From the human T2T-CHM13v2.0 reference genome, Homo sapiens: a stretch of 64,000 nucleotides of DNA. This document shows, piece by piece, positions 28,582 through 42,209 of the stretch. The position numbers and the translations under genes were made by a program. The stretch is from NCBI RefSeq assembly GCF_009914755.1, contig NC_060927.1, one strand, 5' to 3'. Each line of letters opens with the position of its first letter. The first letter of the stretch is position 1. The notes under the pieces are model-generated. The model was given only the letters and a program-made list of their open reading frames with translations. It was not told the origin of the DNA and ran no database searches.

Positions 28582-28944
28582 TGGTAAGGTTTGGCTCTGT
28601 GTCCTCACCCAAATCTCATCTTGTAGCTTCCATAATTCCCACGTGTTGTGGGAGGGACCCACTGGGATATGACTGAATCATGGGGGCGGGTCTTTCCTAT
28701 GCTGTTCTCGTGATAGTGAATGGGTCTCACGAAATCTGATGGTTTTAGAAACAGGAGTTTCTCTGCACAAGGTCTTTTTGCCTGCCGCCATCCACGTAAG
28801 ATTGCCTTACTCCTCCTTGCCTTTTGTCATGATTGTGAGGCCTCCCCAGCCATGTGGAACTGTAAGTCCAATAAAACTCTTTATTTTGTAAATTGCCCAG
28901 TCTTGGGTATGTCTTTATCAGCAGTGTGAAAATGAACTAATACA
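28582..28944 (+). mobile_element. THE1A-like solo LTR
   Basis: 'tggtaaggtttggctctgtgtcc...aatgaactaataca'. Confidence 0.92.
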
Positions 28945-28954
28945 GGTACCTACC

Positions 28955-29495
28955 CACCACATTGCATTTTGTCTAGCTGAGGAGACATATATAAAACACA
29001 TAATTACTTGAATGAGTAAACCATTAAAATAGTGATAATGGTTATGAGAGAAAGTATAAAATTCTGTAAGGGCATAAGTACTATGGAGTTCCCAGGAAAG
29101 CCTCTTCAAAAAAGTGAAACACAAGCTAAACATTGAAGAATTTTTAGGAGTTAGACATGTAAAGGAGTGCAGGATGAACTCTTGAGGAACATAGAAAGGG
29201 TAGCTGGCTAAAATAATGTGAATAAGCAGCAGACTGACAAGGGATATAATTGGAGTAGTGGGCAAGGGCCAGATAACGTAGGGTCTTGTAGGCCATGTGA
29301 TAGGTACCAAAATTAATGTTAAATATGAAAAGCCAAATGTGAAAGGTTTTAAACAAGGGAGTTATAAAGAATTATGCTTGTGCTTTATTGTAGCTGAAAT
29401 TGGAAAAGACAAGGGTGGGATCACATAAAATAATGCTGGTGTAGACTGGGCAAGGAACATGTTTGGGTGGAAGATCAAGTGTTGAGTTCTGCAAA
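28955..29495 (-). mobile_element. L2 fragment
   Basis: 'ggccagataacgtagggtcttgtaggccatg...aaggttttaaacaaggg'. Confidence 0.7.
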
Positions 29496-29603
29496 ATAAT
29501 TATACAAGAGGCAAAAATAAGATAAGTGTACCCCAAATATACAAATTTGTCATTATTATACCAATGTGCATGTAACTATGTAAATATTAATGATAATAAC
29601 ACC

Positions 29604-30436
29604 TATATCAGTCAGAATTCCACTAAAAAAAAAGAACCAGTAGGAGACACATCCACACCCACACACCCCCACCCCCACCACCATCCACACAGAGCAAGGC
29701 ATTGACTTACACCACTCTGGTGGCTCAATAGACAAGTTCTAAGTCTATAAGGCAGGCTTCCAGAAAGGTCAGGCTGTTATCTCTTGGGCAGGAGATGAAG
29801 CTGTAATCCATAGTGACTTTTTTTTTCCCCTCCAGTTCCACACTTAAACTCTTTCAATGAATTCAAGTAAGGTCCACTCAGATTATCATGAAAAATTTTC
29901 TTAAGATCCTTGCCATTTTTTGGATGTTTGTCTTCTTCAAATACCGTGCTTAAATTTGATCCCCAGTGTTGGAGGTGGTACCTAATGGGAAGTGTTTCAG
30001 TCATAGAGAGAGTGTATTCATCATTAATAGATTAATGCTCTCCCTAGGGGAGGGATGAATGAATTCTCACCTAGTTAGTTCCCACAAGATGTAGTTACCA
30101 AAAAGTGCCTGGCACCTCCCCTTTCCCTCTTTCTTGCTTCCCCTCTTGCCATGTGATCTCTGCACATGCTGGCTCCTCTTTGCCTTCTACCATGAGTGAA
30201 AGCAGCTTGAGGCTTTCTTCAGATGCCCAGTCTTCTAGCCAGAAGAATCATGAGCCAAATAAATATTTCCTTCTTTTTAATAAATTACCAGGTCTCAGGT
30301 ATGTCTTCATGGCAACACTAAATGGACTAAGACGTGCCACCATAAAATTCTATCATGGCAACACCAGGAGTAGTGTTTAACTGAATAACTGTGAACCACA
30401 GCCATGCAAAGTTGACACATAAAACTGACCATCACA
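29604..30436 (-). mobile_element. MLT2 (ERVL) LTR interrupted by an MSTB-like LTR
   Basis: Ends 'aagttgacacataaaactgaccatcaca'; starts 'tatatcagtcag...gaaccagtaggaga'. Confidence 0.75.
29911..30334 (+). mobile_element. MSTB1-like solo LTR nested in MLT2
   Basis: 'tgccattttttggatgtttgtc...ccccagtgttggaggtgg...aatggactaagac'. Confidence 0.85.
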
Positions 30437-30754
30437 ATATTTAATTTTTTTTCAGGATCCTATCTGTTTTTCCTTAGTGAAAGCGTATTTCATTCTCTGA
30501 CTTAGGGATTTAAACAAAAGCATGGTGCACTCTTAATTTACGTGACACTTTTGTAAAATAAAGCTTGAAAACCATTTAACCCCAAAGGCAGTTTAAACTA
30601 ATGTTTTTCAGTACTGATTCTGTAACTGTGACCAGTAGTTCAACGTTTTATTTATAACCTAGATTTGGATTAAGTTTCTTAGTTTATTTATAATGATTCA
30701 TTATATATTCTCATATAGTTTATTAATAGATGAGTTGAAAGTAAACATTATTTC

Positions 30755-31060
30755 CAGGTGGCAGTTTAGCAGTATATATGTAGAGGCTTGAAAGTAGTTA
30801 TAACATTTGACCTAGTAATTCTAGAAAATTATCATTTAAAAATAATTCAAAATATGCTCAGATAAAATTATCAAAAGCAACAAAATTAAAAAGAAACTGA
30901 AATAACAAATAATATAAAATTATATTGTAAATTAAAATCTGCCTATGCTATACATCCATCAAAAATTATGCTTTATGAAATTTTAATGACATGAGAAAAT
31001 GCTTATTTTAAAATTATAACTTACATGACACAAAGTTATAGGTTATTTCAATTATGTAAG
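30755..31060 (+). mobile_element. Ancient L1 (L1ME-like) 3' fragment
   Basis: 'ggcagtttagcagtatat...tttgacctagtaattc' motif. Confidence 0.45.
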
Positions 31061-31794
31061 AAGGCATAGCCCAAGCCTAAAACTTGGGAGCAAATGCCAG
31101 AAAACATTGGAGTTGTAAATAACGACTTACAAATCACAAATACATGATGTTATCTTCAGCTTCCAGAATACCAAACAGCAAATACACTTGCACTGAACAT
31201 ACTTGGGAATTCCCTTAGAACTAAATGTATGTCAGAAATCTTTGCAAAACTAAAGTTGTTCTGTAGGTACAACACGAGCCACTAAAAACACTTTAAGCAG
31301 AAATAACTTCATTGTTATTTGACTTAAATATAAAATAGTGAACAAGTTTTATAGATTTTATAATTTTATGTAATTTAGACTTTTCTCTCTCAATTGAGTG
31401 GTCCTCTCTCTCTGTCTTCATTGAGTTTTTTTCTATGAATGTTTCACTCATTAAATATTTTTGAATATATATGCAATGTTCCTAAAAACAACAGCAACAT
31501 TTTTTTTTCTGATAACTTTAGGAGCAAATGAGTGATTTAGTAAAAATCATTTTTATATTTAAGAAAGATTTCTGAGTAGACTGGACAATATTTCTGAACT
31601 GAAAATACAATTTTTTAAAATTGTTTAAAAACAAGAGGTGAGTAAAGATACCCTGAAGTAATTATACTTAATAATTTAGTTAGATAACATAATTCATTTT
31701 ACATCTTTTTTTTCTGCTGGAGATTGACACAATTGTCAATTTATTTTTAGTTATTATGTGTCAGGTAAATTACAAAGGCATCTAGGTCAACTAG

Positions 31795-32133
<339 letters not shown>

Positions 32134-32178
32134 TAGATAAATTAGTTTGTGCAAATTTGGTTGTCTTGATGTCTAGTT

Positions 32179-32402
32179 CTGTGCTATACAATATGGTAAC
32201 TAATATGTCACATACAGCTCTTGGATGTAACTAACATTTCACATACAGTTCTTAATTTTAATTAAAGTTAAATGAAATGAAAATTCAGTTTCTCAGTCAT
32301 AATAGCCACATTTCAAATTCTCAGTGGTTTGTAATTACAATATTGGACCATACATTTATAGAATGTTTCTATCATTGTAGAAAACACTAATGGAAAGTGT
32401 TA
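32179..32402 (-). mobile_element. MER3-like hAT DNA element with internal 27-bp duplication
   Basis: 'aaaattcagtttctcagtc...tagccacatttcaa...tagaatgtttctatcattgtagaaa'; repeat at 32196-32222 / 32227-32253. Confidence 0.75.
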
Positions 32403-32639
32403 TTCTTTAACTTTTACAATGAAATTATTCAACAAAAATACTTTCAAAACATTCTCGAATTATTGTAGAATTGCCTTAAATTCATATTTACAAGTAATTT
32501 GGACAAATACGATTTCTAAACTGTGCTGACCAATTGTGTATTTGCTCTGATATCCAAAAACCGAATTTCCCCCTTTTCACATTTTAGTAGAGAATTATAG
32601 TTAGCTGGGTTCCTTGCTCTTTATCATTAGGTTGGTTGT

Positions 32640-33035
32640 CACCTGAACAGGAAGTTTTTTTGCTTCATGGCATCTCTTAAAGAGGCAGTATCTCCTCTTT
32701 CGTACACATCTTAAAGGATGTCTCATTCCATCTGTGGAGTGCAGTCTGCCTGCTGATTGTAGCTTCCTTCTAATGGCCCTAGATTCTCCACCCTAGAAAT
32801 GGCACCCGTACCTCTGTCTCCCAGATCCATGCAAGTTGGCAGCTTTCCGCCTTTGCAGTTCTCTGATGTGTCTGCCTGCCTCTCCTTTGTCTTCTTAGCT
32901 CCTTTGAAACCTGTTTAACTAGTCCTCTATATTGAATCCCAAATCTAGCCCCTCCTTACTTTCTTTCACAAAAAAAAAAAAAAAGAAAGAAACTAGAGTG
33001 ATTTCTGTTTTATTGATTGGATCCTGATTAAAACA
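32640..33035 (+). mobile_element. LTR33-like ERVL LTR
   Basis: 3' end 'ctagagtgatttctgtttt...ggatcctgattaaaaca'. Confidence 0.55.
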
Positions 33036-33924
33036 TGTGATTTTGAATCCTTATTACATAATGTTTTTTCAAGGTAAAAATCACTCAATAGAAGGAAAAT
33101 ACGTAGCTTAAAATAAAGGCAGTCTTAGTGTGTTTTTCTTTTATATGCTTGTGGAATATGAAATGACTTTGAACTACTCTATTCAACAATAACAACAAAA
33201 TAACTGTGGTTTTATGATGAGGTTATAAATAGGAGTTGTAATAAGTAAAATTTCCAAGAAGTAATTTCTGAATACCATAGGAGGTCTTTCAGCTAACATC
33301 TATTTTGTTGTTACCCTATACGAAGAAAAAAGAGGTTAAGTATATGAAAAATAAAATTTGCTCATATTTTTCTCCTAAAGAGAGTTTTAAAATTAGTATG
33401 TTGCCTTCATAAACTTTCCAATGGCAAAATATTTGCATGTCCTTATTGTGATATTTTTTGTTTGAGAAGTTAGTCAAAGATAGAAATGGGGAATAATTAC
33501 ATCCCCTTAAAAAACTAAAGAAAATTACCTTCAGAGACATTTAGAAAAATGATAAATTTTTATTTCATTACATAAAATGGTTTGTGAGGTGTTTTCTATT
33601 AATATCAAGGTTTATTTTGGTTTTCAAAAAATAATCCTAAAGCAAATTTTAGATAAGGCTGAAAAATTTATTTTATTGACAATCTACTCCCTACTTTTCT
33701 AATATATTGCTTACTTTCTAAGAACTTTTCTCTCACCATTTTAATATTTTCAGGGTCTGAATATCATCAGATACTTGGTCATATAAATATAAAAATTCCA
33801 GAACCTTGGGGTGTGCTCTATATGCATACGGTCAGCAAGAATAATGAAAATGGGTGTATTCTTTTGGATGTTTTCATTTTCAGATCTTTCATGATATATT
33901 GTTGGCTTCACTTTTGACCTGACT

Positions 33925-34045
33925 TTCTCTCTGTCTGCCTGTCTCTGTCTTTGGCTCTCTCTCTCTTCATTTCTCTCTCTCAGTCTCTCCCTCCATTTCT
34001 TTTCTTTCCCTCTCTCTCCCTTTATTTCCCTGTTGCTCTCTCTAT
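33925..34045. repeat. CT-rich low-complexity tract
   Basis: Direct reading. Confidence 0.85.
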
Positions 34046-34534
34046 ATAGTATATATACTCTGATATATAGAGGTTTTTAACACTGCAATTTTCTCTAATT
34101 ATTTACTGTTGCATGACTTAAATATTTTCCAAGTGTCAGAGAAAAGTATGCCTTTTCAATTGATTCCAGAATCTTCTGAGTATTTTTTAAACCTTTTTCC
34201 AAACCACTTTTTCCTGTTCTCTCAATTTTTCTGGTATACTTAACATTCATAATTGCTATAGGAATGGACTTTTGTGATATTAGACCTAGTGTAACAGCTT
34301 GTAGGGAAGTAAGGGAATCTCAAATTGTATCTTTGATCTTTCTTGAACAAATCACTAATGTTACCACTTCCTTGGAAGGAGACTATAGCACTAGGTGAAT
34401 ACTAAAGTTATTTTTACCTATGAATGTCTATGATTCTATACAAGATTAGTAGGAAAAAAAAGATTAATTACAAACTTTATTTTTTACTTAGATACTTTTT
34501 TTTTTGAGAAACTTAAGTCAATGAATAATTATTC

Positions 34535-34810
34535 AGTAGAGCAAGAGGACTAAGATCATGGTCTCTGGTTCAAGATTGACCAACTCCAAATCTTTTTTTA
34601 CTATTGATTCACTATAAAAGTTTGAAAAATATTCTCAACCCCACTTATCTTATCTTTTTAATGGAGATTTAAAAAGTACCTTCTCTTTAGGTGTGTGTAG
34701 GTATATCTTTAGGTGTGTGTAGGTATATATGTATGTGTGTGTCAGAAAGAGAGATTTAGATATGTAAAACGCTTAGAAAAGAAACTGACACATAATATAT
34801 GTTGCTTAGT
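34535..34810 (+). mobile_element. MIR (diverged) containing a perfect 22-bp tandem duplication (34684-34705, 34706-34727)
   Basis: MIR-like layout ending 'atgtaaaacgcttagaa'; unit tctttaggtgtgtgtaggtata x2. Confidence 0.6.
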
Positions 34811-35184
34811 AGATTAAGTGATTATAATAATTATTCAATAACTATGTGTTTGGGATATGCTATGTGTAGGATATTCACCAGTGACCTTATCCAAATAGAA
34901 ATAAGATTTAGTCACTACACTTTGATTTTGATTTTTACTTAAAAGGAAGCATTATATAGATCTATATATGTTGGTATATAATTTGAATATAACACTTAGC
35001 AGTTTTAATTTATAAATATAATAGACCAAAGAAGAAATAGGATTTATCAACGGGTCAAAAAAAGTGTTATCGAATGAAGAAGAATCTAAGCCTGGCTTTG
35101 AGGAATGGATGGGCTTCCATAATTAATAAGGGTTAAGCCCTCTGAATAATGGAAAAAGCATGCAATATGGAGAAGTAAGGAGTG

Positions 35185-35306
35185 CAGTAGTCCCCAATTA
35201 TCTGTGATTTTGCTTTCTGCAGTTTCAGTTACCTGCAATAAACTGGCTCAAAAATATTAAATGGAAAATACCAGAAGTAAACAATCGATAAGTTTTAAAT
35301 TGTGTG
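35185..35306 (+). mobile_element. MER44/Tigger7 terminal fragment
   Basis: CAGTAGTCCCC..TTATC terminal inverted repeat (TIR) and 'aaatattaaatggaaaataccagaa'. Confidence 0.8.
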
Positions 35307-35319
35307 TCTTTTACACACT

Positions 35320-35590
35320 AATGGTTGTTTTCTTGAAACACTCACTTTTGAAGATAGCTGCCAGAGGAAGATTCCAGCTTTTGATCTGTCTCCAGGGAGA
35401 TGCCATTTTGAATGTTCCAGTCTTGACTACCTCTGGCTGCAGCCACAGGAGAAACCTTAAAAGAGTGCAGAAGAACCTTTCAGCCGAGCCCCTGTGAAAT
35501 CACAGACTGGTGGCAAATAACAAAATGGTTGCTGCTTGAGTCACTAAGTTTCTTGGGTTGTTTTTTATGTAGTTGTAGATAACTAGCACA
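35320..35590 (+). mobile_element. MLT1 (H/I-like) LTR 3' part
   Basis: 'aaatggttgctgcttgagtcactaagttt...gtagataactagcaca'. Confidence 0.7.
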
Positions 35591-36260
35591 ATAACAGCAG
35601 ATGGCAGGAAAAAATAACTTCTGAATAGGCAGAAATTAGCCAGAGTGATGCATTACCTGTTAAAATCTCCGAAGATTCTAATCCACAAACATGAGATGGC
35701 CTAAAAGTTTGTATAAAACTTTACAATTAAGCCAACAGAAGTAAATAAATCATGGCAATTACAGAATGTCTATTTAACAAGTGAATGGAAATGTTGCACA
35801 TATGCATTTATGAATGGCACATTTGGGAAAACAATTATGACAACATTTTAAAATGCCTAGTGGGCTTCTGGTTAAAGAGGTGATTTGAGTGAAATGCTTT
35901 ATCTTCTTTTTCTCCTAAAACCTCATTAAAATGTTAATAAAGAAATAAAAATACAAATTTATAAAAAAGAGATGCCATCAGTAAAAGTTATTTCATCCAT
36001 TTTTTGAGGATGGAAATTGAGAAGGAGAGGTGACAAATGAAGGAGAGTGAAGAAAGCAGCTTCTTAGAGGGACTCTTTTAGAAAAAATAGAGCTGATGTG
36101 TGTGGCAGAACTCTGAAGATCCTCAAGACCTAGAGTCAGAGCTGCCATGCATGGCAGATAGAAGAAATGAAGTTGAAAACTAAAGGAATAAGTGATGTGT
36201 GTTTCATTATTTGACTTTAATTTGAATATTACAGAGCCTGTGTTACAGATTAAAGTTTAG

Positions 36261-38046
36261 CTACTTTAAATTTCATGTGGAACCAAAAAAGAGCCTGTAT
36301 AGCCAAGACAATCCTAAGCAAAAAGGACAAAGCTGGAGGCATTATGCTACCTGATTTCAAACTATACTACAAGGCTAAAGTAACCAAAACAGCATGGTTC
36401 TTGTACCCAAAACAGATACATAGACCAAAGGAACAGAACAGAGGCCTCAGAAATAACACCACACATCTACAACCATCTGATCTTTGACAAACCTGACAAA
36501 ACCAAGCAATGAGGAAAGGACTCACTATTTAGTAAATGGTGTTGGGAAAACTGACTAGCCATATACAGAAAACTGAAACTGGACTCCTTCCTTACAATTT
36601 ATACAAAAATTAACTCAAGATGAATAAAGACTTAAACATAAGACCTAAAACCATAAAAACCCTAGAAGAAAACCTAGGCAATACCATTCCTGGCATAGGC
36701 GTGGACAAAAACTTCCTGACTAAAACACCAAAAGCAATGGCAACAAAAGCTAAAATTGACAAATGGGATCTAATTAAACTAAAGAGCTTCTGCACAGCAA
36801 AAGAAACTATCATCAGAGTGAACAGGCAACCTACAGAATGGGAGAAAATTTTTGCAATCTATCCATCTGACGAAGGGCTAATGTACAGAATCTACAAGGA
36901 ACTTTAACAAATTTACAAGAAAAAAACAAACAACCCCGTCAAAAAGTGGGAGAAGGATATGAACAGACACTTCTCAAAAGAAGACATTTATGCAGCCAAA
37001 AAACATGTGAAAAAAAGGTCATCATCACTGGTCATTAGAGAAATGCAAATCAAAACCACAATGAGATACCATATCATGCCAGTTAGAATGGCGATCATTA
37101 AAAAGTCAGGAAACAACAGATGCTGGAGAGGCTGTGGAGAAATAGGAACGCTTTTACACTGTTGGTGGGAGTGTAAATTAGTTCAACAATTGTGGAAGAC
37201 AGTGTGGGGATTCCTCCAGGATCTGGAACCGGAAATAACATTTGACCCAGCAATCCTATTACTAGGTCTATACCCAAAGGATTATAAATCATTCTACTAT
37301 AAAGACACATGCACACGTATTTTTATTGCAGCACTGTTCACAATAGCAAAGACTTGGATGCCCACCAATAATAGACTGGAAAAAGAAAATGTGACACAAA
37401 TCAACCCATTGATGGGCATCAACCCAAATGCCCATCAATGATAGAATGGAAAAAGAAAATGTAGGTGAAACCCCGTCTCTACTAAAAATACAAAAAATTA
37501 GCCAGGCACGGTTGTGGGCACTGGTAGTCCCAGCTACTCAGGAGGCTGAGGCAGGAGAATGGCCTGAACCTGGGAGGCAGAGCTTGCAGTGAGCCGAGAT
37601 AGCGCCACTGCAGTCTGGCCTGGGTTAAAGAGCGAGACTCCATCTCAAAAAAAAAAAAAAAGTAAAGAAAAGAAAATGTGACACAAATACACCCTGGAAT
37701 ACTATGCGGCCATAAAAAATATGAGTTCATGTCTTTTGCTGGGGCATGGATGAAGTTGGAAACAATCATTCTCAGCAAACAAACACAGGAACAGAAAACC
37801 AAACACCACATGTTCTCAATCATAGGAGGGAATGGATCAATGAGAACACATGGACAGAGGGAGGGGAACAACACACGGGGGCCTGTTGGGGGGTGGGAGA
37901 CTAGGGGAGGGATAGCATTAGGAGAAATATCTAATGTAGATGATGGGTTGATGGGTGCAGCAAAACACCATGGCACATGTATACCTAGGCAACAAACCTG
38001 CACGTTTGCATGTGTATCCCAGAACTTAAAGTATAGTTAAAAAAAG
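36261..38046 (+). mobile_element. 5'-truncated L1PA7-like element (3' ORF2 and 3' UTR)
   Basis: Perfect 14-bp TSD agattaaagtttag (36247-36260, 38047-38060); ORF2 C-terminal peptides including the [18 protein letters not shown] cysteine-rich motif. Confidence 0.95.
37464..37667 (+). mobile_element. 5'-truncated AluY-family element (possibly Yk-type) in L1
   Basis: Starts at 'ggtgaaacccc'; TSD aaaagaaaatgt (37451-37462, 37668-37679); 'gagatagcgccactgcagtc' variant. Confidence 0.92.
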
Positions 38047-38269
38047 AGATTAAAGTTTAGAAATCATCTATTTACAGATGGCCAATGAAGTCATGGGATT
38101 GGGTGATATTTGAGAAAATACAAAATGAGATGCCATCTATAGATTTTAAGATAAATTCTACAAAGTTTAAACATAGATTACAGATTTAATTATAAATATT
38201 CAAATTTCATGTACAAAAATATAATCTTCATAATAAAATTTTTATTTAAAAAATTATCATTCCATTAAT

Positions 38270-38665
38270 ACATAATAGCACATATTTATAGAATACTTGT
38301 GATATTTTGATACATTCATACAATCTGTAATGATCAAATTAGGATAATTTGGTATCCATCTCAGGTCAAATATTTATTATTTTTTTGTGTTGATGACATT
38401 CCAAATCTTCCAGCTATTTTGAAATATAGAGTAAATTACTGATAACTATAAAAGACTACTGTGTTATCAAGACTAGAACTTATTATATCTAACTGTATTT
38501 TTGTACCTATTAACCAACCTCTCTTCATTTCTCCCTCTTGTCTCCCTTTTGAGCCTCTGGTAACCAACAATCTACTTTCTACCTCCATGAAATAAACATT
38601 TCTAGTTCCCACATATGCGTGACAACAGTTGATATTTGTCTCTCTCTGCCTAATAATAATATTTT
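38270..38665 (-). mobile_element. L1MA 3' UTR fragment
   Basis: 'gtgatattttgatac...tgtaatgatcaaatt...gtacctattaaccaacctctc'. Confidence 0.8.
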
Positions 38666-39369
38666 TCTTGTGAAACACTGAGTTCTTAAAATAAAAAAAA
38701 AACATAAATACTTAGAATTACACACCAGCTTTCAATTTGTTGGGTAGATGTTTACAAAGACATAGTGTCTTCACAGAAATTATAATTATCTGCATAATAA
38801 ATTTTGGCTTTCATCTGCATACTTAACATCAAAGTGCTCCTTAAAAATAAAATGGTATTGTTCTTGTTGTCAGCTAATACTGTTTTGAATTTTTAGTAAC
38901 CGCTTTACTGAAGAATTTAGAATACCGTTCAAGATGAACTCCACAGCCGCATAGTGAGATGTAGTTAGGTAAACCAGCTGAGCACTAATTGGATTTCAGG
39001 ATATGAATGACTGCAGAAATTTCAGGACTCCTTGTCAGAGCAGATATACACTGGGGCTTTTGTTTGGAGGAGGTAGAGGAAAAAACTGATTAGAGCTTGT
39101 ACCAAAAAAAAAGCATTGTAATAGATTTTTAAAAGATAAACTTAATAAAAGTAGCTGGTCTTGCCCCTTTAATAGCATACTTCATATTTTTCTCCTATAT
39201 TTAAACTCTTCTCATAAAGAAACAATTATTTGAAATGACTTTTCAAAAGTTTAAAAGAAAGTACTCAGAAATCAATTATTTACAATTTAAAAGAACTTTA
39301 TCTTTTCTCATTTGTGATTTGGTTCTGCCACAAATATTATCGAATTATGAAGGAAAAAATATAAAAACA

Positions 39370-39669
39370 GGTCGGGCATGGTGGCTCATACCTATAATCC
39401 CAGCACTTTGGGAGGAGGAGGCAGACTGATCACTTGAGGCGAGGAGTTTGAGACTAGACTGGGCAACATGGTAAAACCCTGTCTCTACCGAAATACTAAC
39501 ATTAGGCGGGCGTGGTGGCATGCACCTACAATTCCAGCTACTTGGGCGGCTCAGACATGAGAATCACTTGAGCCCGGGAAGGGGAGGTTGCAGTGAGTTG
39601 AAATCATGCCACTGTGTTCCAGCTTGGGTGACAGCGTGAGACTCTATCAAAACAAAACAAAGCTCAACA
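39370..39669 (+). mobile_element. AluJ
   Basis: Full dimer; TSD aaaaatataaaaaca / aaaaacataaaaaca (39355-39369, 39670-39684). Confidence 0.93.
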
Positions 39670-41604
39670 AAAAACATAAAAACAAAACCCCACAAATGTT
39701 TGCATCTGTATTGTGAATAATCTATAAGAGAGATTAGGCTTATTCTATGCTTGGAGAGCAACCTGAGGAATTTCATACTTCTCCTGAAAGAAAATGTCAG
39801 TAGAATCTTAAGCAAGAAAGTGTGTTCCAGAAAGTTGCACACTATTTCCCTGTATCCCCAACATACTCAGTCCTGAGTTAGTTAGGTTTTTTACATGCTT
39901 TTCCTGAACATTGTACAAGCTTTATTCTTGCTTGTTACACTACAGTACCTGATTCTGTTATTTATTTATTTTTAGGTTTTTAAAATGTTATAATTATATT
40001 ACGTTACTCTCAGCAAAATATAATAAATGAATATTCGCAAAAATGAGTGGAAAAACTACCTATATCTGCCCTATTCTCTGAAGGAAAAGAGTGATCTGGT
40101 ACTGTTATTTAAATAAGCACATCTGGGGTCAGATAGAGGCACTGGAATGGAGAAGGATAATGAAATACTCAAAGAATATTAGAATTGAAAAATGTTTTTC
40201 AAGTTGACTTATTCTATTATCTGATTTCACCAATCATCAGACATTTTAAATGACTACTCAATCATAGTTATCTAGCAGCAGACAGAATTAAAACCCTAGT
40301 TTACAGACTCCAAAGTCCTTTCTTTACATCAACAACTACCAAACTATTTTTTGAAAAAGTGGCTTTTATTATTATTCCCCAAGGCCTTAAGTTTTAAAAA
40401 GCCATTTCTATCAAAGAATTATTTTAACTAACAAAGCTTTTCTTGCCTTTTAGTAAATAATAATAATAAAGTAAAAATAGCAGGTAGAGCTATGCTTGAA
40501 AATACGTATGATCAGCAGAGGAAATTAAATACTAAAATCAATTAATTAATTCCTGATTTAAAAGGAAAATACACCTCTAGTTAAATAAAAGCAAATTATT
40601 TTAGTTGTATAAAAATGTTGAGAATAGCTTAAACTTTTATAACGAATTTTGCAAAGCTTAGTGGTTCAATAATTCCAGGCTGGAATTCTTTTACTATAGT
40701 CTAATGCTTTGTAAACGTTTTTTTCTGACACTGTGCTTCCACTATTGCCAATATGCTGGTAAAAAAATTCATGTGCAATGACCTTATGGTTCTGAAAAAG
40801 TGCTTCTATGCTATTTGATTTTTGAATAATCTGGAGTTTTAAAGTAATGTTATTCAGGGAAGAATGTCAGTAAATGATGTTCAGTGAGAATACCCAGCGT
40901 ATATTCTAAAAAATTGTTATAGTAGAAGTTATAATAATTTCCTCATGACAGAGCATGTGCATCTGATACAAAAAATAAAAACTTGTCTTTCCTGCCTACT
41001 TTTTCTGTTTAATAAATATAAGATGTTGAAAATATCAGAGGAGAGATCACATTTGCATTAAATAACAGCTTGTTTCTGTGGTTGCAGTGCTGGGCTAGTT
41101 AATGAAATGAGTATAGAAAATATTGTAAAACGTATGAGCAATATTTAACTTTCATTCTGGCTCCTAAGCTCTCTCTTCACATATACCCTATAATGAATGC
41201 CATTACACTCTAATAAGCAACAGTAAAGAATTATATATTATAAAATCTTTCTTACTTAAAATTATATCTTTACATCTCTTAAGTAATTAAAATATTCTTA
41301 GGATCAGATGAAATTAATTAGACATTGGACATAGCAAATATTTGTGAATCAGTAGGCTCTTTCACTATCCTTATATGTCCCACCCCTATTCTGGGATGTA
41401 AAATGAAAATATTCACTAGGCAAATTATTTTTTTAATTTGGGTGATTACTGGTTGTCCATCACTAAGCTTCCCTATCCCTTTTACATTTTACTCCACTAG
41501 GTACAGAGTCATGTGAGGCTAATTAATGTCTTCTTAAAATAATTAGTTAAATAGTACTTAAATAAGGACAAAGAATGCCACTTTATCTTTATCTAATGTA
41601 GTGA

Positions 41605-42035
41605 ATGCTGTGGTATACTGCCTATAACTTCCTGCTTTAGGACCTAGGTGTGAATTTTTCCATCAGGCTAAGTATTCACCTACTAATACCTCATGGCTGA
41701 ATCCTTCTGCGAGAATTACACTCAGTCAAATGTCACTGCCTACATTCAATGACTGGTTGATATGGGGGTAACTCCCAACCCCTTCTTGCTTCAGTTGGAG
41801 ATATCTTTGCAAATCATCCCATCTTGAGATCTTCAGCACCCTCAAAGATCTGCTGAGGTCTATACTGACATGACATCACAGTTCAACTTCTCCCTTATGC
41901 CAACATGCTTTCCTCTCATAAGTATTGTTCCTGAGACCAATACTTATGAGTAAACATCCATACACATTCTGAGTAAACATCCTATACACAAATCTATACC
42001 TCAAAGGCTATTTCCTAGGAACTTGCCCTATGACA
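41605..42035 (+). mobile_element. LTR16A/C-like ERVL solo LTR
   Basis: 'catcacagttcaacttctccct...tttcctaggaacttgccctatgaca' 3' end. Confidence 0.65.
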
Positions 42036-42209
42036 CCCAGGTGCACCTTAATAGCAACAATGATTTTCATTAAGTAAGATTTTATTTATTTGACTAAGGA
42101 TTCTTTTACTCCTGTGGGGAGACATAGTTTTAAACATTTAGCTAAAACTTGTAAAATTATCTTCTAAGGGCTTATTCTTGAGTAAATAATTCTTCGTGCA
42201 TCTAGTGTA

